DNA from: Tabrizicola sp.
GTDB lineage: Bacteria > Pseudomonadota > Alphaproteobacteria > Rhodobacterales > Rhodobacteraceae
Assembly: GCF_036781545.1 (NCBI RefSeq)
Contig: NZ_DAIQAT010000001.1
Span: 49,200-113,199, forward strand
Direction of reading: 5' to 3'
DNA: 64,000 bases
The notes under the pieces are model-generated. The model saw only the letters and a program-made list of their open reading frames with translations, had not been told where the DNA came from and searched no databases. Of this stretch, positions 39,862 to 50,316 are shown one piece after another. Every line of letters starts with the position of its first letter. Position 1 is the first letter of the stretch. The position numbers were made by a program, and so were the translations under genes.

Positions 39862-39895
39862 CGCCATTTGCCGAACCATAGCACGGCAAATGGCG
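39862..39895. promoter_or_regulatory. TA operator: 12-bp perfect inverted repeat
   Basis: CGCCATTTGCCG-N10-CGGCAAATGGCG; spacer reads TGCTATGGTT on the minus strand (-10-like). Confidence 0.7.
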
Positions 39896-39904
39896 AAAGT
39901 CACT

Positions 39905-40693
39905 CTATAGATCAAATGTCGCGAAAACCGGGACGTGATCCGAGGGCTGCTGCCACCCCCGCACCGGGCGCAGGATGCGGCTGCCCGAGGCGGCGCTGGA
40001 AATGTCCGGTGTCGCCCAGATATGGTCCAGCCTGCGGCCCTTGTCGGCGGCGTCCCAGTCAGGGCTGCGGTAGCTCCACCAACTGTAGAGCCGGCCTTGC
40101 GGAATGTCCTGCCGGGTGATGTCCTGCCAGCGGCCCGACTCCACCACCTCGCCCAGATGCTCGACCTCGATGGGCGTGTGGCTGACGATCTTCAGCAGGG
40201 CCTTGTGGTTCCACACGTCATCCTCGCGCGGGGCGATGTTCAGGTCGCCCACCAGGATCGCCTTGTGCGGACGGTCGGCGCGGAAATGGTCGCGCATGTG
40301 GGTCAGGAAGTCGAGCTTCTGGCCGAACTTCACGTTCTGCGCGCGGTCCGGGATGTCGCCGCCCGCCGGGACATAGAAGTTGTGGATGGTGACGCCATTC
40401 TCCAGCCGCGCCGCCACGTGGCGGGCGTGACCGAGGGTGGCGAAATCGTGCCCGCCCACATCCTCGATCGGCAGTTTCGACAGGATCGCCACGCCGTTGT
40501 AGCCCTTCTGCCCCCGCGCCACGACATGCGTGTAGCCCAGCGCGCCGAACCCCTCACGCGGGATCAGGTCCACCGGGCACTTGCATTCCTGCAGGCACAG
40601 GATGTCCGGCGTCTCCTCGGTCAAAAGCCGCGAGACCAGCGCCTCGCGCAGGCGGACCGAATTGATGTTCCAGGTGGCGAGGGTGAAGGTCAT
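39905..40693 (-). CDS. xth: Exodeoxyribonuclease III
   Basis: ATWNINS, LCLQE, YNGVAI, GDLNIAP, SWWSYR, RLDHI, SDHVP. Confidence 0.95.
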   Translation of the reverse strand: MTFTLATWNINSVRLREALVSRLLTEETPDILCLQECKCPVDLIPREGFGALGYTHVVARGQKGYNGVAILSKLPIEDVGGHDFATLGHARHVAARLENGVTIHNFYVPAGGDIPDRAQNVKFGQKLDFLTHMRDHFRADRPHKAILVGDLNIAPREDDVWNHKALLKIVSHTPIEVEHLGEVVESGRWQDITRQDIPQGRLYSWWSYRSPDWDAADKGRRLDHIWATPDISSAASGSRILRPVRGWQQPSDHVPVFATFDL

Positions 40694-40751
40694 GGCTGTC
40701 TCCTGTTCGGAGGCGGAGCCTAGGGCGGGACGGGGCCAACCTCAACCGGGC

Positions 40752-40779
40752 AAAAAAAGGCCGGGCACGAAGCCCGGCC
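40752..40779 (-). terminator. Rho-independent terminator
   Basis: Minus strand GGCCGGGC-TTCGT-GCCCGGCC-T7. Confidence 0.9.
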
Positions 40780-40867
40780 AGGTCCAACAGGGAGGATGCC
40801 GCGCCATAACCCCGACGCGACCAGGGGAACCTTCTGCACAACCGATGCATGTGAAAAAGGTAGCAAG
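40752..40867 (-). ncRNA. SorX/MmgR(suhB)-like 3'-UTR sRNA
   Basis: Anti-SD motif TCCTCCCTGTTGGAC followed by intrinsic terminator, in the 3' region of cenR where SorX lies in R. sphaeroides; 5' end approximate. Confidence 0.7.
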
Positions 40868-40976
40868 CAAATCCGGCGACAATAAGCCCTAAGCGGCAAG
40901 ATTTCGTGGTTGTTGCATGGCGGTCGCAATCGACCGTGGCTCAAACAGCACGAAACCGCTTCTGGTTCCCGTGCCT

Positions 40977-41663
40977 TTACGCCACCAGCCGGTATCCGCC
41001 GCTTTCCGTCACCAGCAGCCGCGCGTTCGAGGGATCGGGCTCGATCTTCTGGCGCAGGCGGTAGATATGGGTCTCCAGCGTGTGCGTGGTCACGCCCGCG
41101 TTGTAGCCCCAGACCTCATGCAAAAGCACGTCCCGCGCCACGACCCCCGAGGTCGAGCGGTAGAGATACTTGAGGATGTTGGTTTCCTTCTCGGTCAGGC
41201 GGATTTTCTTGTCCTTCTCGTCGACCAGCATCTTCTGGGCGGGCTTGAAGGTATAGGGGCCAAGCTGGAACACCGCGTCTTCCGACTGTTCATGCGTCCG
41301 AAGCTGCGCGCGGATGCGGGCCAGAAGGACCGGGAACTTGAACGGCTTGGTCACATAGTCGTTCGCGCCCGCATCCAGCCCCAGGATCGTGTCGCTGTCG
41401 GTGTCGTGCCCGGTCAGCATCAGGATCGGGCATTTCACACCCTGCTTGCGCATCCGGCGGCACAGCTCGCGTCCGTCAGTATCGGGCAAGCCCACGTCAA
41501 GGATCACCAGATCGTAAAGCGCGGCCTTGACCTTCTCCATGCCCTCGGCGCCGTTGCGCGCCTCGAACACGTCGAAATCCTCGGTCATCACCAGTTGCTC
41601 GCTGAGTGCTTCGCGCAGGTCGTCGTCGTCGTCGACGAGCAGGATTTTCCGCAGTCCGGCCAT
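40977..41663 (-). CDS. cenR: OmpR-family response regulator CenR
   Basis: [79 protein letters not shown]. Confidence 0.88.
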   Translation of the reverse strand: MAGLRKILLVDDDDDLREALSEQLVMTEDFDVFEARNGAEGMEKVKAALYDLVILDVGLPDTDGRELCRRMRKQGVKCPILMLTGHDTDSDTILGLDAGANDYVTKPFKFPVLLARIRAQLRTHEQSEDAVFQLGPYTFKPAQKMLVDEKDKKIRLTEKETNILKYLYRSTSGVVARDVLLHEVWGYNAGVTTHTLETHIYRLRQKIEPDPSNARLLVTESGGYRLVA

Positions 41664-41689
41664 GGGTGCCTCCCTTGCTGATGCGGCTG

Positions 41690-41718
41690 AGATGCGCCGT
41701 GATCACGAAACCCGCAAG
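41690..41718 (-). promoter_or_regulatory. Possible RpoH-type promoter for cenR
   Basis: Minus strand CTTG-N18-CGCATCT. Confidence 0.35.
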
Positions 41719-41800
41719 CATTGCTACGAAATGCTCACGTGGACGTGTCGGTTCCGTGGGCAATGTTTCAATTCCGTCATCCGTTGGATATGCAGGGGGC

Positions 41801-42889
41801 ATGGTATTGCGCCTTTCCATCCCCGAACGCCTGACCCGCGCCCGCGCCGACCTGCGCATGGGGGTGCCGGTCGTGCTGTGCGGCGCGGAAGGCGCGGCGC
41901 TGGTGGCGGCGGTCGAGACGCTGGACGCCGCCCGGCTGGCCGACCTGCGCGGCTTCGGCGCGCCAGTGCTGGCGATCACCGCACGGCGGGCCGAGACGCT
42001 GAAGGCCCGCGCCTATGACGGTGACCTGGCGCGGATCGTGCCGCCGTCCGACACCGGGCTGGACTGGCTGCGCTCGGTCGCCGACCCGGCGGATGACCTG
42101 CGCTCGCCGATGAAGGGCCCGCTGCAATCGCTGCGGGAAGGCCCGGCAGGCCTGGCCCGCGCCGCTTTGGCGCTGGCGAAGTCGGCGCATCTTCTGCCCG
42201 CCGCGCTGCTGGTGCCGGTGCAGGACGCGCTGGCCTTGGCAGGGGCGAACGGGCTGACCCTGCTGACACTGGACGAGATTGCCCCGGCCCTGCTGGCCCT
42301 GTCGCCGCTGGATGAGGTGGTCTCGGCCCGCGTGCCGCTGGTCGCCTCCTCTGCGGGCCGGGTGCATGTCTTCCGCCCCGACGACGGCGGCGAGGAGCAT
42401 TATGCCATCGAGATCGGCCGCCCCGACCGCGCGCAGCCCGTGCTGGCCCGGCTGCATTCGGCCTGTTTCACCGGCGATGTGCTGGGATCGCTGAAATGCG
42501 ACTGCGGCCCGCAACTGCGCGCCGCGCTGACGCAGATGGGCGAGGAGGGGGCGGGGGTGCTCCTTTACCTCAACCAGGAAGGCCGGGGGATCGGGCTGGC
42601 CAACAAGATGCGGGCCTATTCCTTGCAGGATCAGGGCTTCGACACGGTCGAGGCCAACCATCGCCTCGGCTTCGAGGATGACGAGCGCGACTTCCGCATC
42701 GGCGCGGAAATCCTGCGCAAGCTGGGGTTTTCCTCGGTGCGACTGCTGACCAACAATCCGAAGAAGCTGGCGATGATGGAGGGCTGCGGCCTGCATGTGA
42801 CCGAACGCGTGCCGCTGAAGGTGGGCGAGACGGCCGAGAACCGGGCCTATCTGGCGACCAAGGCGGCGAAGTCGGGGCATCTGCTTTGA
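41801..42889 (+). CDS. ribA: GTP cyclohydrolase II with degenerate N-terminal domain
   Basis: [47 protein letters not shown]. Confidence 0.93.
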   Translation: MVLRLSIPERLTRARADLRMGVPVVLCGAEGAALVAAVETLDAARLADLRGFGAPVLAITARRAETLKARAYDGDLARIVPPSDTGLDWLRSVADPADDLRSPMKGPLQSLREGPAGLARAALALAKSAHLLPAALLVPVQDALALAGANGLTLLTLDEIAPALLALSPLDEVVSARVPLVASSAGRVHVFRPDDGGEEHYAIEIGRPDRAQPVLARLHSACFTGDVLGSLKCDCGPQLRAALTQMGEEGAGVLLYLNQEGRGIGLANKMRAYSLQDQGFDTVEANHRLGFEDDERDFRIGAEILRKLGFSSVRLLTNNPKKLAMMEGCGLHVTERVPLKVGETAENRAYLATKAAKSGHLL

Positions 42890-43395
42890 TGCGGCACGAT
42901 CTGGTCGTCACCCCCATGGGCCTGCGCTTCCGGGGCCGCCGCTTTCCCTGCACGGTCGGGCGCGGGGGCATCGTTCCGGGCGCCGCCAAGCGCGAGGGCG
43001 ACGGGGCGACGCCTGCCGGCGCGCACCGGATCGTCGGGATGCTCTATCGGCCCGACCGGCTGCTGCAGCCCGCCGAAGGGGCGCGGCCCATCGGGCCGCC
43101 GGACCTGTGGTCGGACGACCCCCGCGACGAGAACTACAACCATCTGGTCCGCGCCCCGCACGGGTTCGGCCACGAATGCCTGCGCCGGGCCGATCCGATG
43201 TATGACCTGATCCTGATCACCGACTGGAACTGGCCCGACGCCGAACCGGGGCGCGGCTCGGCGATCTTCATCCACCAGTGGCGCAGGCCGGGTGCCCCCA
43301 CAGAGGGCTGCGTGGCGCTTTCCCGCCGCGACCTGCACTGGATCGCCCCGCGCATCACCCCCCGGACGCGGCTGATCGTGCCCTCCCGGACTTGA
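42889..43395 (+). CDS. L,D-transpeptidase-like (YkuD) protein
   Basis: KREGDGATP.G, WSDDP..YN, GSAIFIH..PTEGCVA. Confidence 0.87.
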   Translation: MRHDLVVTPMGLRFRGRRFPCTVGRGGIVPGAAKREGDGATPAGAHRIVGMLYRPDRLLQPAEGARPIGPPDLWSDDPRDENYNHLVRAPHGFGHECLRRADPMYDLILITDWNWPDAEPGRGSAIFIHQWRRPGAPTEGCVALSRRDLHWIAPRITPRTRLIVPSRT

Positions 43396-43443
43396 CCCGG
43401 GACCTCCCCTGCGCCCGATCAAGTCCAGCGTGGCCTCTCTTTT

Positions 43444-43455
43444 CAAATCGCTTTG
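43444..43455. promoter_or_regulatory. LacI-type operator candidate
   Basis: CAAATCGCTTTG near-palindrome with central CG, next to a -10-like CATAAT, upstream of the GH13 gene. Confidence 0.5.
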
Positions 43456-43490
43456 GATTGCATAATCTGCCGCGACAGGGGGGAACTGCC

Positions 43491-45374
43491 ATGGCGAAAC
43501 CACCGTCCGCGGATGACGAGATTTTCGACCTGCGGCTCGCCCGGTCCGCCCCCGACCTGTTCCCGATGCTGGAGGCGCTCTACGGCGCGCGGCCCGACTA
43601 TCCCGCCTTCCGTGACCGGCTGGTCAAGGCGCTGCGCAAGGGCTGGGCCGACCGGCCGCAGGGCCTGAAGCGGCTGGACCTCCTCCGCGACCTCGAACCC
43701 GACTGGTTCCAGCGCCCCGGCATGACGGGCTATGTCTTCTACATCGACCGCTTCAACGGCTCGCTTCGCGGCATCCTCGACAAGCTGGACTACCTGCAGG
43801 ATCTCGGCATCACCTATGTCCACCTGATGCCCTGCCTGAAGCCCCGCCCCGGAGACAGTGACGGCGGCTATTCGGTGATGGACTACCGCCGCATCAACCC
43901 CGCCTTCGGGACGATGGAAGATTTCGAGACGGTCGCCCAGGCGCTCCGGGAAAGGGGCATGTCGCTCTGCGTCGATCTGGTGCTGAACCATACCGCCAAG
44001 GAACACGCCTGGGCGCGGAAGGCGGCGCAGGGCGACCCGAAATATCAGGACTACTACCTGATGTTCGACACGCCGGACACGCCGCGTCTTTACGAACAGA
44101 CGCTGGTCGAGGTCTTCCCCGACAACGCCCCCGGCAACTTCACCCATTACCCCGAGATCGGCAAATGGGTCTGGACCACCTTCAACGAACACCAATGGGA
44201 CCTGAACTGGGCCAATCCGGCGGTCTTCCTGGAGATCGTCGAAGTCATGCTGTTCCTCGCCAACAAGGGCGTCGATGTGCTGCGGCTGGATGCGGTGGCC
44301 TTCATGTGGAAGCGGCTGGGCACCCGCTGCCAGTCCGAGCCGGAGGTTCACATGCTCCTCCAGGCGCTGCGGGCCTGTTCGCGGATCGCCAGCGCGGCGG
44401 TGATCCATCTGGAAGAGGCCATCGTCGCCCCCGCCGAGATGCTGCCCTACCTCGGCCGCGGGCGGCATGACGGGAAAGAGGGCAACCTCGCCTATCACAA
44501 CTCGCTGATGGTGCAGTTCTGGTCGGCGCTGGCCACCCGCGACACGCGGCTGATGACGCATGTGCTGGCCACCCATTTCCCCGACCGGCTGACCAACGCC
44601 ACCTATGCGACCTACATCCGCTGCCACGACGATATCGGCTGGGCGGTGACGGATCAGGACGCGGCGGCGGTGGGCGTATCGGGGCATGGGCACCGCGGCT
44701 TCCTGTCGGAGTTTTACGAGGGCAGCTTCCCCGGCACTTTCGCCAAGGGGGCGCTGTTCCAGGTCAACCCGCTGACCGGCGACAAGCGGATTTCCGGATC
44801 CTGCGCCAGCCTCGCCGGGCTGGAGCGGGCACTGGCCGAAGGCGACGCCGCGGGGGCCGAGATGGCGGTGCAGCGCATCCTGATGGGCCACGCGCTGATC
44901 GCCGCCTTCGGGGGCATCCCGCTGATCTATATGGGCGACGAACTGGCGCTGCCGAACGACCACGGCTACCTTGACGACCCGCACCACGCCCACGACAGCC
45001 GCTGGGTTCACCGGCCCCGGATGGACTGGGCGCTGGCCGAGGCGCGACATGCGGCGGATACCCCCTCGGCCCGGGTGTTCCGCGGGGTGAAAGAGATTCT
45101 CGCCCAGAGGGCGGCGACCCCGGCCTTGCATGGGGCGGTGCCGCTGCGGGTGGTTTCGGCGGGCAACGACGCGGTCTTCGCCTTCCAGCGGCTCGCGCCG
45201 ACCGGGGGGCTGCTGGGGCTCTTCAACTTCACCGAACACTGGCAGGAGGTGGGGGAGGCCTGGGTCCGTGCACTGGGGGCGACGGCCCTGCACGACGCGC
45301 TGTCCGACGCCCGGGTCGATCCGCACCAAGGCCAGATCGTCCTGCCGCCCTATGCAAGGGTCTGGCTAACCTGA
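43491..45374 (+). CDS. GH13 amylosucrase/sucrose hydrolase-like protein
   Basis: SDGGYSV, DLVLNHTA, QWDLN, LRLDAVAF, EAIV, RCHDDIGW, DSRWVHRP. Confidence 0.88.
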   Translation: MAKPPSADDEIFDLRLARSAPDLFPMLEALYGARPDYPAFRDRLVKALRKGWADRPQGLKRLDLLRDLEPDWFQRPGMTGYVFYIDRFNGSLRGILDKLDYLQDLGITYVHLMPCLKPRPGDSDGGYSVMDYRRINPAFGTMEDFETVAQALRERGMSLCVDLVLNHTAKEHAWARKAAQGDPKYQDYYLMFDTPDTPRLYEQTLVEVFPDNAPGNFTHYPEIGKWVWTTFNEHQWDLNWANPAVFLEIVEVMLFLANKGVDVLRLDAVAFMWKRLGTRCQSEPEVHMLLQALRACSRIASAAVIHLEEAIVAPAEMLPYLGRGRHDGKEGNLAYHNSLMVQFWSALATRDTRLMTHVLATHFPDRLTNATYATYIRCHDDIGWAVTDQDAAAVGVSGHGHRGFLSEFYEGSFPGTFAKGALFQVNPLTGDKRISGSCASLAGLERALAEGDAAGAEMAVQRILMGHALIAAFGGIPLIYMGDELALPNDHGYLDDPHHAHDSRWVHRPRMDWALAEARHAADTPSARVFRGVKEILAQRAATPALHGAVPLRVVSAGNDAVFAFQRLAPTGGLLGLFNFTEHWQEVGEAWVRALGATALHDALSDARVDPHQGQIVLPPYARVWLT

Positions 45375-45454
45375 CCCTGTTCCCGCCCCGGACGTGATCC
45401 GGGGCCTCGCGGGTAAAGGAGAGGCTCTGGGTCAGACCCGTGGCGATCCCTGCG

Positions 45455-46201
45455 TCACCCCCGCACCCGTGCCAGGACCTGGCTCAGCGCCATCCGCAAG
45501 GCCTCGGCCCCACCCGCCGTATCGAAGACGCGGAACATCTGCTCGTTCAGCCCGCCGCGTGTCGAATGCTCCTCCCGCAAGGCGGCAAAGCTCTTCGGGC
45601 TGGCTTCGGCCACGGTGCCGAGATTGGCGAAGAGCCCGGCCAGATAGCTGCGGGCCGCCGCTTCGGGCAGGCCCTGTTCCTCCAGCCAGCCCTGCGCCAC
45701 CTCCAGCAGGCCGAAATAGCTGCCCATCAGGGCAGAGCCCACCGCCAGCAGGTCGAACTCCGCAATCGTCCGGCATTCGACCGCCTGGCCCAGCCGGTCG
45801 AACAGCGCCGCGACCTCGGGGTCTGGCGGAAAGATCGGCGTCACGCAACGCCGTTGCGCCACGAAGGGCAAGGGAACCGCGCGGGTGACGGGCACATCCA
45901 GCCCGACCCAGTCGCGGATCGTCTCGACTTGCGTCGCAGCCACCAGGCTCAGCACCTTCTGCCCGGGCCGGACGCGCAGGGCGCGGACGACCTCCTCGGC
46001 AACCTGCGGGCGGATCGTCAGCACCACCATGTCGCACTGGTCGACCACGGCCTGGTTGCTTGCCGCCACCGTCACGCCGGGGAAACGCCGGGCCAGGTCC
46101 GCCGCGACCGCCGCCCCGCGCGGGGACAGGACCACGCCGCCGCCCAGCCCCTCGACCATCGCCGCCGCCATCGTGCCCGTCCCGATGAATCCCAGCCGCA
46201 T
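45455..46201 (-). CDS. Pyrroline-5-carboxylate reductase-like protein
   Basis: LGFIGTGTM Rossmann motif, RPQ, STRGGLNEQ. Confidence 0.8.
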   Translation of the reverse strand: MRLGFIGTGTMAAAMVEGLGGGVVLSPRGAAVAADLARRFPGVTVAASNQAVVDQCDMVVLTIRPQVAEEVVRALRVRPGQKVLSLVAATQVETIRDWVGLDVPVTRAVPLPFVAQRRCVTPIFPPDPEVAALFDRLGQAVECRTIAEFDLLAVGSALMGSYFGLLEVAQGWLEEQGLPEAAARSYLAGLFANLGTVAEASPKSFAALREEHSTRGGLNEQMFRVFDTAGGAEALRMALSQVLARVRG

Positions 46202-46398
46202 GTGGCCCCCTTTCGTCTGTCCTCGCGGCACAGCGTCGTGGAAAGGATGCGGGGCTTCAATCCCGAAAGGCGCTCCGGGTCCGATAAGGCCGCCCGACGC
46301 CCGCGTGTCACCATCGGGAAAGCGTTAAGCTTTCCTGAACGCCCGAGCGCAACCCGTTGAAATCGCTGTATCCGAATCCCTGCCCGCGCGCGGGCAGC

Positions 46399-46629
46399 TC
46401 AGGCCGCCGCCTCTGCCGCAGGCCGCCGGATCGCCGCCGCGGCCTCCAGCACCAGGGGCCGGAACCCCGCCCCGCCCGCGTCCAGAAGCGCGAACAGCTC
46501 CCGCCGCATCCGCGGGTCCCAGAAGTCGTTGATATGCGAGGCGAGCATCGCCACCCCCTCGGCATGGGGCTTCGATTCCATGAACTGCGCGATCTGGTTC
46601 GCCATCCGCGTGATCTTTTCAGCCGACAT
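46399..46629 (-). CDS. fdsD: Formate dehydrogenase delta subunit
   Basis: RMANQIAQF..HINDFWDPRMR. Confidence 0.92.
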   Translation of the reverse strand: MSAEKITRMANQIAQFMESKPHAEGVAMLASHINDFWDPRMRRELFALLDAGGAGFRPLVLEAAAAIRRPAAEAAA

Positions 46630-47443
46630 GGGCCCCCTCCGTCATCAAACGATCCGTATGCGAGAAGACTTCGAACCTCTCGCCCTTCGCCAGCGCGACC
46701 AGCATGATCCCCGCCCGCTCGGCCAGTTCCACCGCCGCCACCGTGGGCGCCGAGACCGCGATGATCACCGGCGCGCCCAGCATGGCGACCTTCTGGACCA
46801 TGTCGGTGGACACGCGAGAGGTGAGGACAACAGCTCCCTCCGGCCCGATACCCTGCCGGACCATCCCGCCGACCAGCTTGTCCAGCGCATTGTGCCGCCC
46901 CACGTCTTCCCGCGCCAGAAGCACCCGCCCGTTCCAGAACGCCGCGCCATGCACCGCCCGGGTCGCATCGTGCAGCCGCTGCTCGCCCGGCAGGGCCGCC
47001 ACCGCCGCCAGCACCTGCGCCGGGGTCACCCGGAAGGCCGAAGGCGCCACCACCGGCACCTCGCGCAAAGCCTGGTCGATGCTGTCGATCCCGCACAACC
47101 CGCAGCCCACCGGCCCGGCCATCACCCGCCGCCGCGCCGCCAGACGCGCCTCGGCCTCGGGTTTCAGCCAGACCTGCACGTCACGGCCGCGGGGGATCTC
47201 CTCGACGTCGACCGAGAGGATATCCTCCGGCCCGGCGATCCCCTCGGTCAGCGCGAAGCCCAGCCCGAAATCCTCCAGATCCGCCGGGGTGGCCATCATC
47301 ACCGCCTGCGTCGTCCCGTTGAACGACAGCGCGACCGCCACCTCCTCGGGCAGCACCCGCTGGCCGGGATGGGCCCCCGGCGCGACCGAGGGACCGAACA
47401 CCAGCCGGGGCGTGGCGCGTGCTCCGGTCGGGGCGCCGTTCAT
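46619..47443 (-). CDS. fdhD: Formate dehydrogenase accessory sulfurtransferase (FdsC)
   Basis: MMATPADLEDF, GCGLCG, EDVGRHNALDKL, SAPT. Confidence 0.93.
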   Translation of the reverse strand: MNGAPTGARATPRLVFGPSVAPGAHPGQRVLPEEVAVALSFNGTTQAVMMATPADLEDFGLGFALTEGIAGPEDILSVDVEEIPRGRDVQVWLKPEAEARLAARRRVMAGPVGCGLCGIDSIDQALREVPVVAPSAFRVTPAQVLAAVAALPGEQRLHDATRAVHGAAFWNGRVLLAREDVGRHNALDKLVGGMVRQGIGPEGAVVLTSRVSTDMVQKVAMLGAPVIIAVSAPTVAAVELAERAGIMLVALAKGERFEVFSHTDRLMTEGAHVG

Positions 47444-50316
47444 TCCGCCGCCAGAATCCGGCGCGAAAGGGCGGCCTGGGCGTTGTATTCCTCCTGCCAC
47501 TCGGACGGACCGTTGGAAGGAGCGACCTGCACCGCCGTCACCTTGTATTCCGGGCAGTTGGTCGCCCAGTCCGAGAAATCGGTGGTGATGACGTTGGCCT
47601 GCGTGTCCGGGTGGTGGAAGGTTGTGTAGACCACGCCGGGCGAAACCTTGTCGGTGATCGTCGCCCGCAGCGTCGTCTCGCCCGACCGGCTGGCCAGACG
47701 AACCCAGTCGCCCTCGCGCACGCCCCGGTTCTCGGCGTCGTGCGGGTTGATCTCCAGAAGATCCTGATCATGCCAGACAACGTTCTCGGTCCGCCGCGTC
47801 TGCGCACCGACGTTGTACTGCGACAGGATCCGCCCGGTGGTCAGCAGCAGCGGGAAGCGCGGCCCGGTCTTCTCGTCCGTCGCCACATATTCGGTGCGGA
47901 TGAACTTGCCCTTGCCGCGCACGAAGCCGTCGATGTGCATCAGGGGCGTGCCTTCCGGCGCCTTGTCGTTGCAGGGCCACTGCACCGAACCCATGGTCTC
48001 GATCTTTTCATAGGTCACGCCCGCAAAGCTGGGCGTGGTCATGGCGATCTCTTCCATGATCTGGCTGGGATGCGTGTAGCCCCAATTGGCGCCCATCGCA
48101 TTGGCGAACATCTGGGTCACTTCCCAGTCGGCATAGCCCTGTTTCGGCGCCATCACCTTGCGGACCATGTTGATCCGCCGCTCGGCGTTGGTGAAGGTGC
48201 CGTCCTTTTCCAGGAAGGACGAGCCGGGGAAGAACACATGTGCGTAGTTTGCCGTCTCGTTCAGGAACAGGTCGTGGACGATGACACATTCCATCGCCGC
48301 CAGCCCGGCCGCGACGTGGTGGGTGTCGGGGTCGGATTGCAGGATGTCCTCGCCCTGGCAGTAGAGGCCCTTGAAGCTGCCCTCGACCGCCGCGTCCAGC
48401 ATGTTCGGGATGCGCAGGCCGGGTTCCGGGTCGATGGTCACACCCCAGGCCGCCTCATAGATCGCGCGGACTTCCGGGTTCTTCACATGACGGTAGCCCG
48501 GCAGCTCATGCGGGAAGGACCCCATGTCGCAGGAGCCCTGCACGTTGTTCTGGCCGCGCAGCGGGTTCACCCCCACGCCGCGCCGGCCGATGTTGCCGGT
48601 CAGCATGGCGAGGTTGGCAATGCCGATCACGGTGGTCGACCCCTGGCTGTGTTCCGTCACGCCCAGCCCGTAGTAGATCGCCGCATTGCCGCCGGTCGCG
48701 TAAAGCCGCGCCGCCTTGCGCAGCTCTTCGGGCGGGACACCCGTCACCATCTGCACCGCTTCGGGCGAGTGGTTGGGTTGGCTGATGAACTCGGCGTAAT
48801 CCTGGAATTCATCCCAGTCGCAGCGGGTGCGGATGAAGTCTTCGTCGTAGAGCTTCTCGGTCACGATGACATGCGCCAGCGCCGAAACCACCGCCACGTT
48901 GGTGCCGGGCGTCAGCGCCAGGTGATGCGCCGCCTTGTAATGCGGCCCCTCCACCGTTTCCGTCCGGCGCGGGTCGACGACGATCAGCTTCGCACCCTTG
49001 CGCAGCCGCTTCTTCATCCGGCTGGCGAAGACCGGGTGGGCGGCGGACGGGTTGGCGCCGATCACCATGATCACGTCCGCATCCTCGACCGAATCGAAGT
49101 CCTGCGTCCCCGCCGAGGTGCCGAAGGTCTGGCCCAGACCATAGCCGGTGGGCGAATGGCAGACCCGGGCGCAAGTATCGGTGTTGTTGTTCATGAACAC
49201 GGCGCGGGTCAGCTTCTGGACGAGGTAGGTCTCCTCGTTCGTGCAGCGGCTGGAGGTGATCACCCCCACCGAATTCCGCCCGTATTTCGCCTGGATGCCC
49301 TTCATCCGGTTGGCGGCGAATTCCATCGCCTCGGCCCAGCTGACCTCCTGCCAGGGATCGTCGATGCTGTCGCGGATCATCGGCTTCAGGATGCGCTCCT
49401 TGTGCGTGGCATAGCCATAGGCGAAGCGGCCCTTCACGCAGCTGTGGCCGCGGTTGGCCTTGCCGTGCTTGTAGGGCGTCATCCGCACCAGCTCGTCGCC
49501 GCGCATCTCGGCCTTGAAGCTGCAGCCCACGCCGCAATAGGCGCAGGTGGTGATGATGGAACGGTCGGGCGTCCCGATCTCGATCACCGACTTCTCGCTC
49601 AGCGTCGCCGTCGGGCAGGCCTGCACGCAGGCGCCGCAGCTGACGCAGTCCGAGGCCAGCGCATTGTCGGTCTTCGCCCCAAAGGACACGCGGCTGTCGA
49701 AGCCCCGGCCCTCGATGGTCAGCGCGAAGGTGCCCTGCACTTCCTCGCAAGCCCGGACGCAGCGCGAGCAGACGATGCATTTCGCCGGGTCATACGTGAA
49801 ATAGGGGTTCGAATCGTCCTTCGGCAGCCATTGCAGGTTGGCCTCGCCGCTGGTGTCCCGGGCGCGGAAATGGGTGTCCACCGCATCATAGCGTACATCG
49901 CGCAGGCCCACGGCCCCCGCCATGTCCTGCAGCTCGCAATCGCCGTTCGCGGCGCAGGTCAGGCAGTCCAGCGGGTGGTCGGAGATATAAAGCTCCATCA
50001 CCCCGCGGCGCAGCTGCTTCAGCTTGCCGGTCTGGGTATGGACCTTGATCCCCGGCGCGACCGGCGTGGTGCAGGAGGCAGGGGTGCCGTTCCGCCCCTC
50101 GATCTCGACCAGGCACAGCCGGCACGAGCCGAAGGCATCGACCGAATCGGTCGCGCAGAGCTTCGGCACCGAAATCCCGATCTCGTTCGCGGCCCGCATG
50201 ATACTGGTGCCTTCGGGCACCGTCACTTCGAAGCCGTCGATCTCCAGCGTGACCATCGCCTTGGACTTCGCGGCAGGGGTGCCGAAATCGCGGTCGGGGA
50301 TGATGAAGTCTTTCAT
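47440..50316 (-). CDS. fdsA: NAD-dependent formate dehydrogenase alpha subunit
   Basis: 2Fe-2S and 4Fe-4S Cys motifs, TCAYCGVGC, TCARVCH (Cys Mo ligand), PLRGQNNVQG. Confidence 0.96.
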   Translation of the reverse strand: MKDFIIPDRDFGTPAAKSKAMVTLEIDGFEVTVPEGTSIMRAANEIGISVPKLCATDSVDAFGSCRLCLVEIEGRNGTPASCTTPVAPGIKVHTQTGKLKQLRRGVMELYISDHPLDCLTCAANGDCELQDMAGAVGLRDVRYDAVDTHFRARDTSGEANLQWLPKDDSNPYFTYDPAKCIVCSRCVRACEEVQGTFALTIEGRGFDSRVSFGAKTDNALASDCVSCGACVQACPTATLSEKSVIEIGTPDRSIITTCAYCGVGCSFKAEMRGDELVRMTPYKHGKANRGHSCVKGRFAYGYATHKERILKPMIRDSIDDPWQEVSWAEAMEFAANRMKGIQAKYGRNSVGVITSSRCTNEETYLVQKLTRAVFMNNNTDTCARVCHSPTGYGLGQTFGTSAGTQDFDSVEDADVIMVIGANPSAAHPVFASRMKKRLRKGAKLIVVDPRRTETVEGPHYKAAHHLALTPGTNVAVVSALAHVIVTEKLYDEDFIRTRCDWDEFQDYAEFISQPNHSPEAVQMVTGVPPEELRKAARLYATGGNAAIYYGLGVTEHSQGSTTVIGIANLAMLTGNIGRRGVGVNPLRGQNNVQGSCDMGSFPHELPGYRHVKNPEVRAIYEAAWGVTIDPEPGLRIPNMLDAAVEGSFKGLYCQGEDILQSDPDTHHVAAGLAAMECVIVHDLFLNETANYAHVFFPGSSFLEKDGTFTNAERRINMVRKVMAPKQGYADWEVTQMFANAMGANWGYTHPSQIMEEIAMTTPSFAGVTYEKIETMGSVQWPCNDKAPEGTPLMHIDGFVRGKGKFIRTEYVATDEKTGPRFPLLLTTGRILSQYNVGAQTRRTENVVWHDQDLLEINPHDAENRGVREGDWVRLASRSGETTLRATITDKVSPGVVYTTFHHPDTQANVITTDFSDWATNCPEYKVTAVQVAPSNGPSEWQEEYNAQAALSRRILAAE

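Noticed and set aside
46317..46335. Inverted repeat GGAAAGC-N5-GCTTTCC
   Set aside because: Short and single; cannot distinguish operator, terminator or chance
47440..50316. Selenocysteine recoding in formate dehydrogenase
   Set aside because: Uninterrupted ORF with Cys at the metal-ligand motif (TCARVCH)
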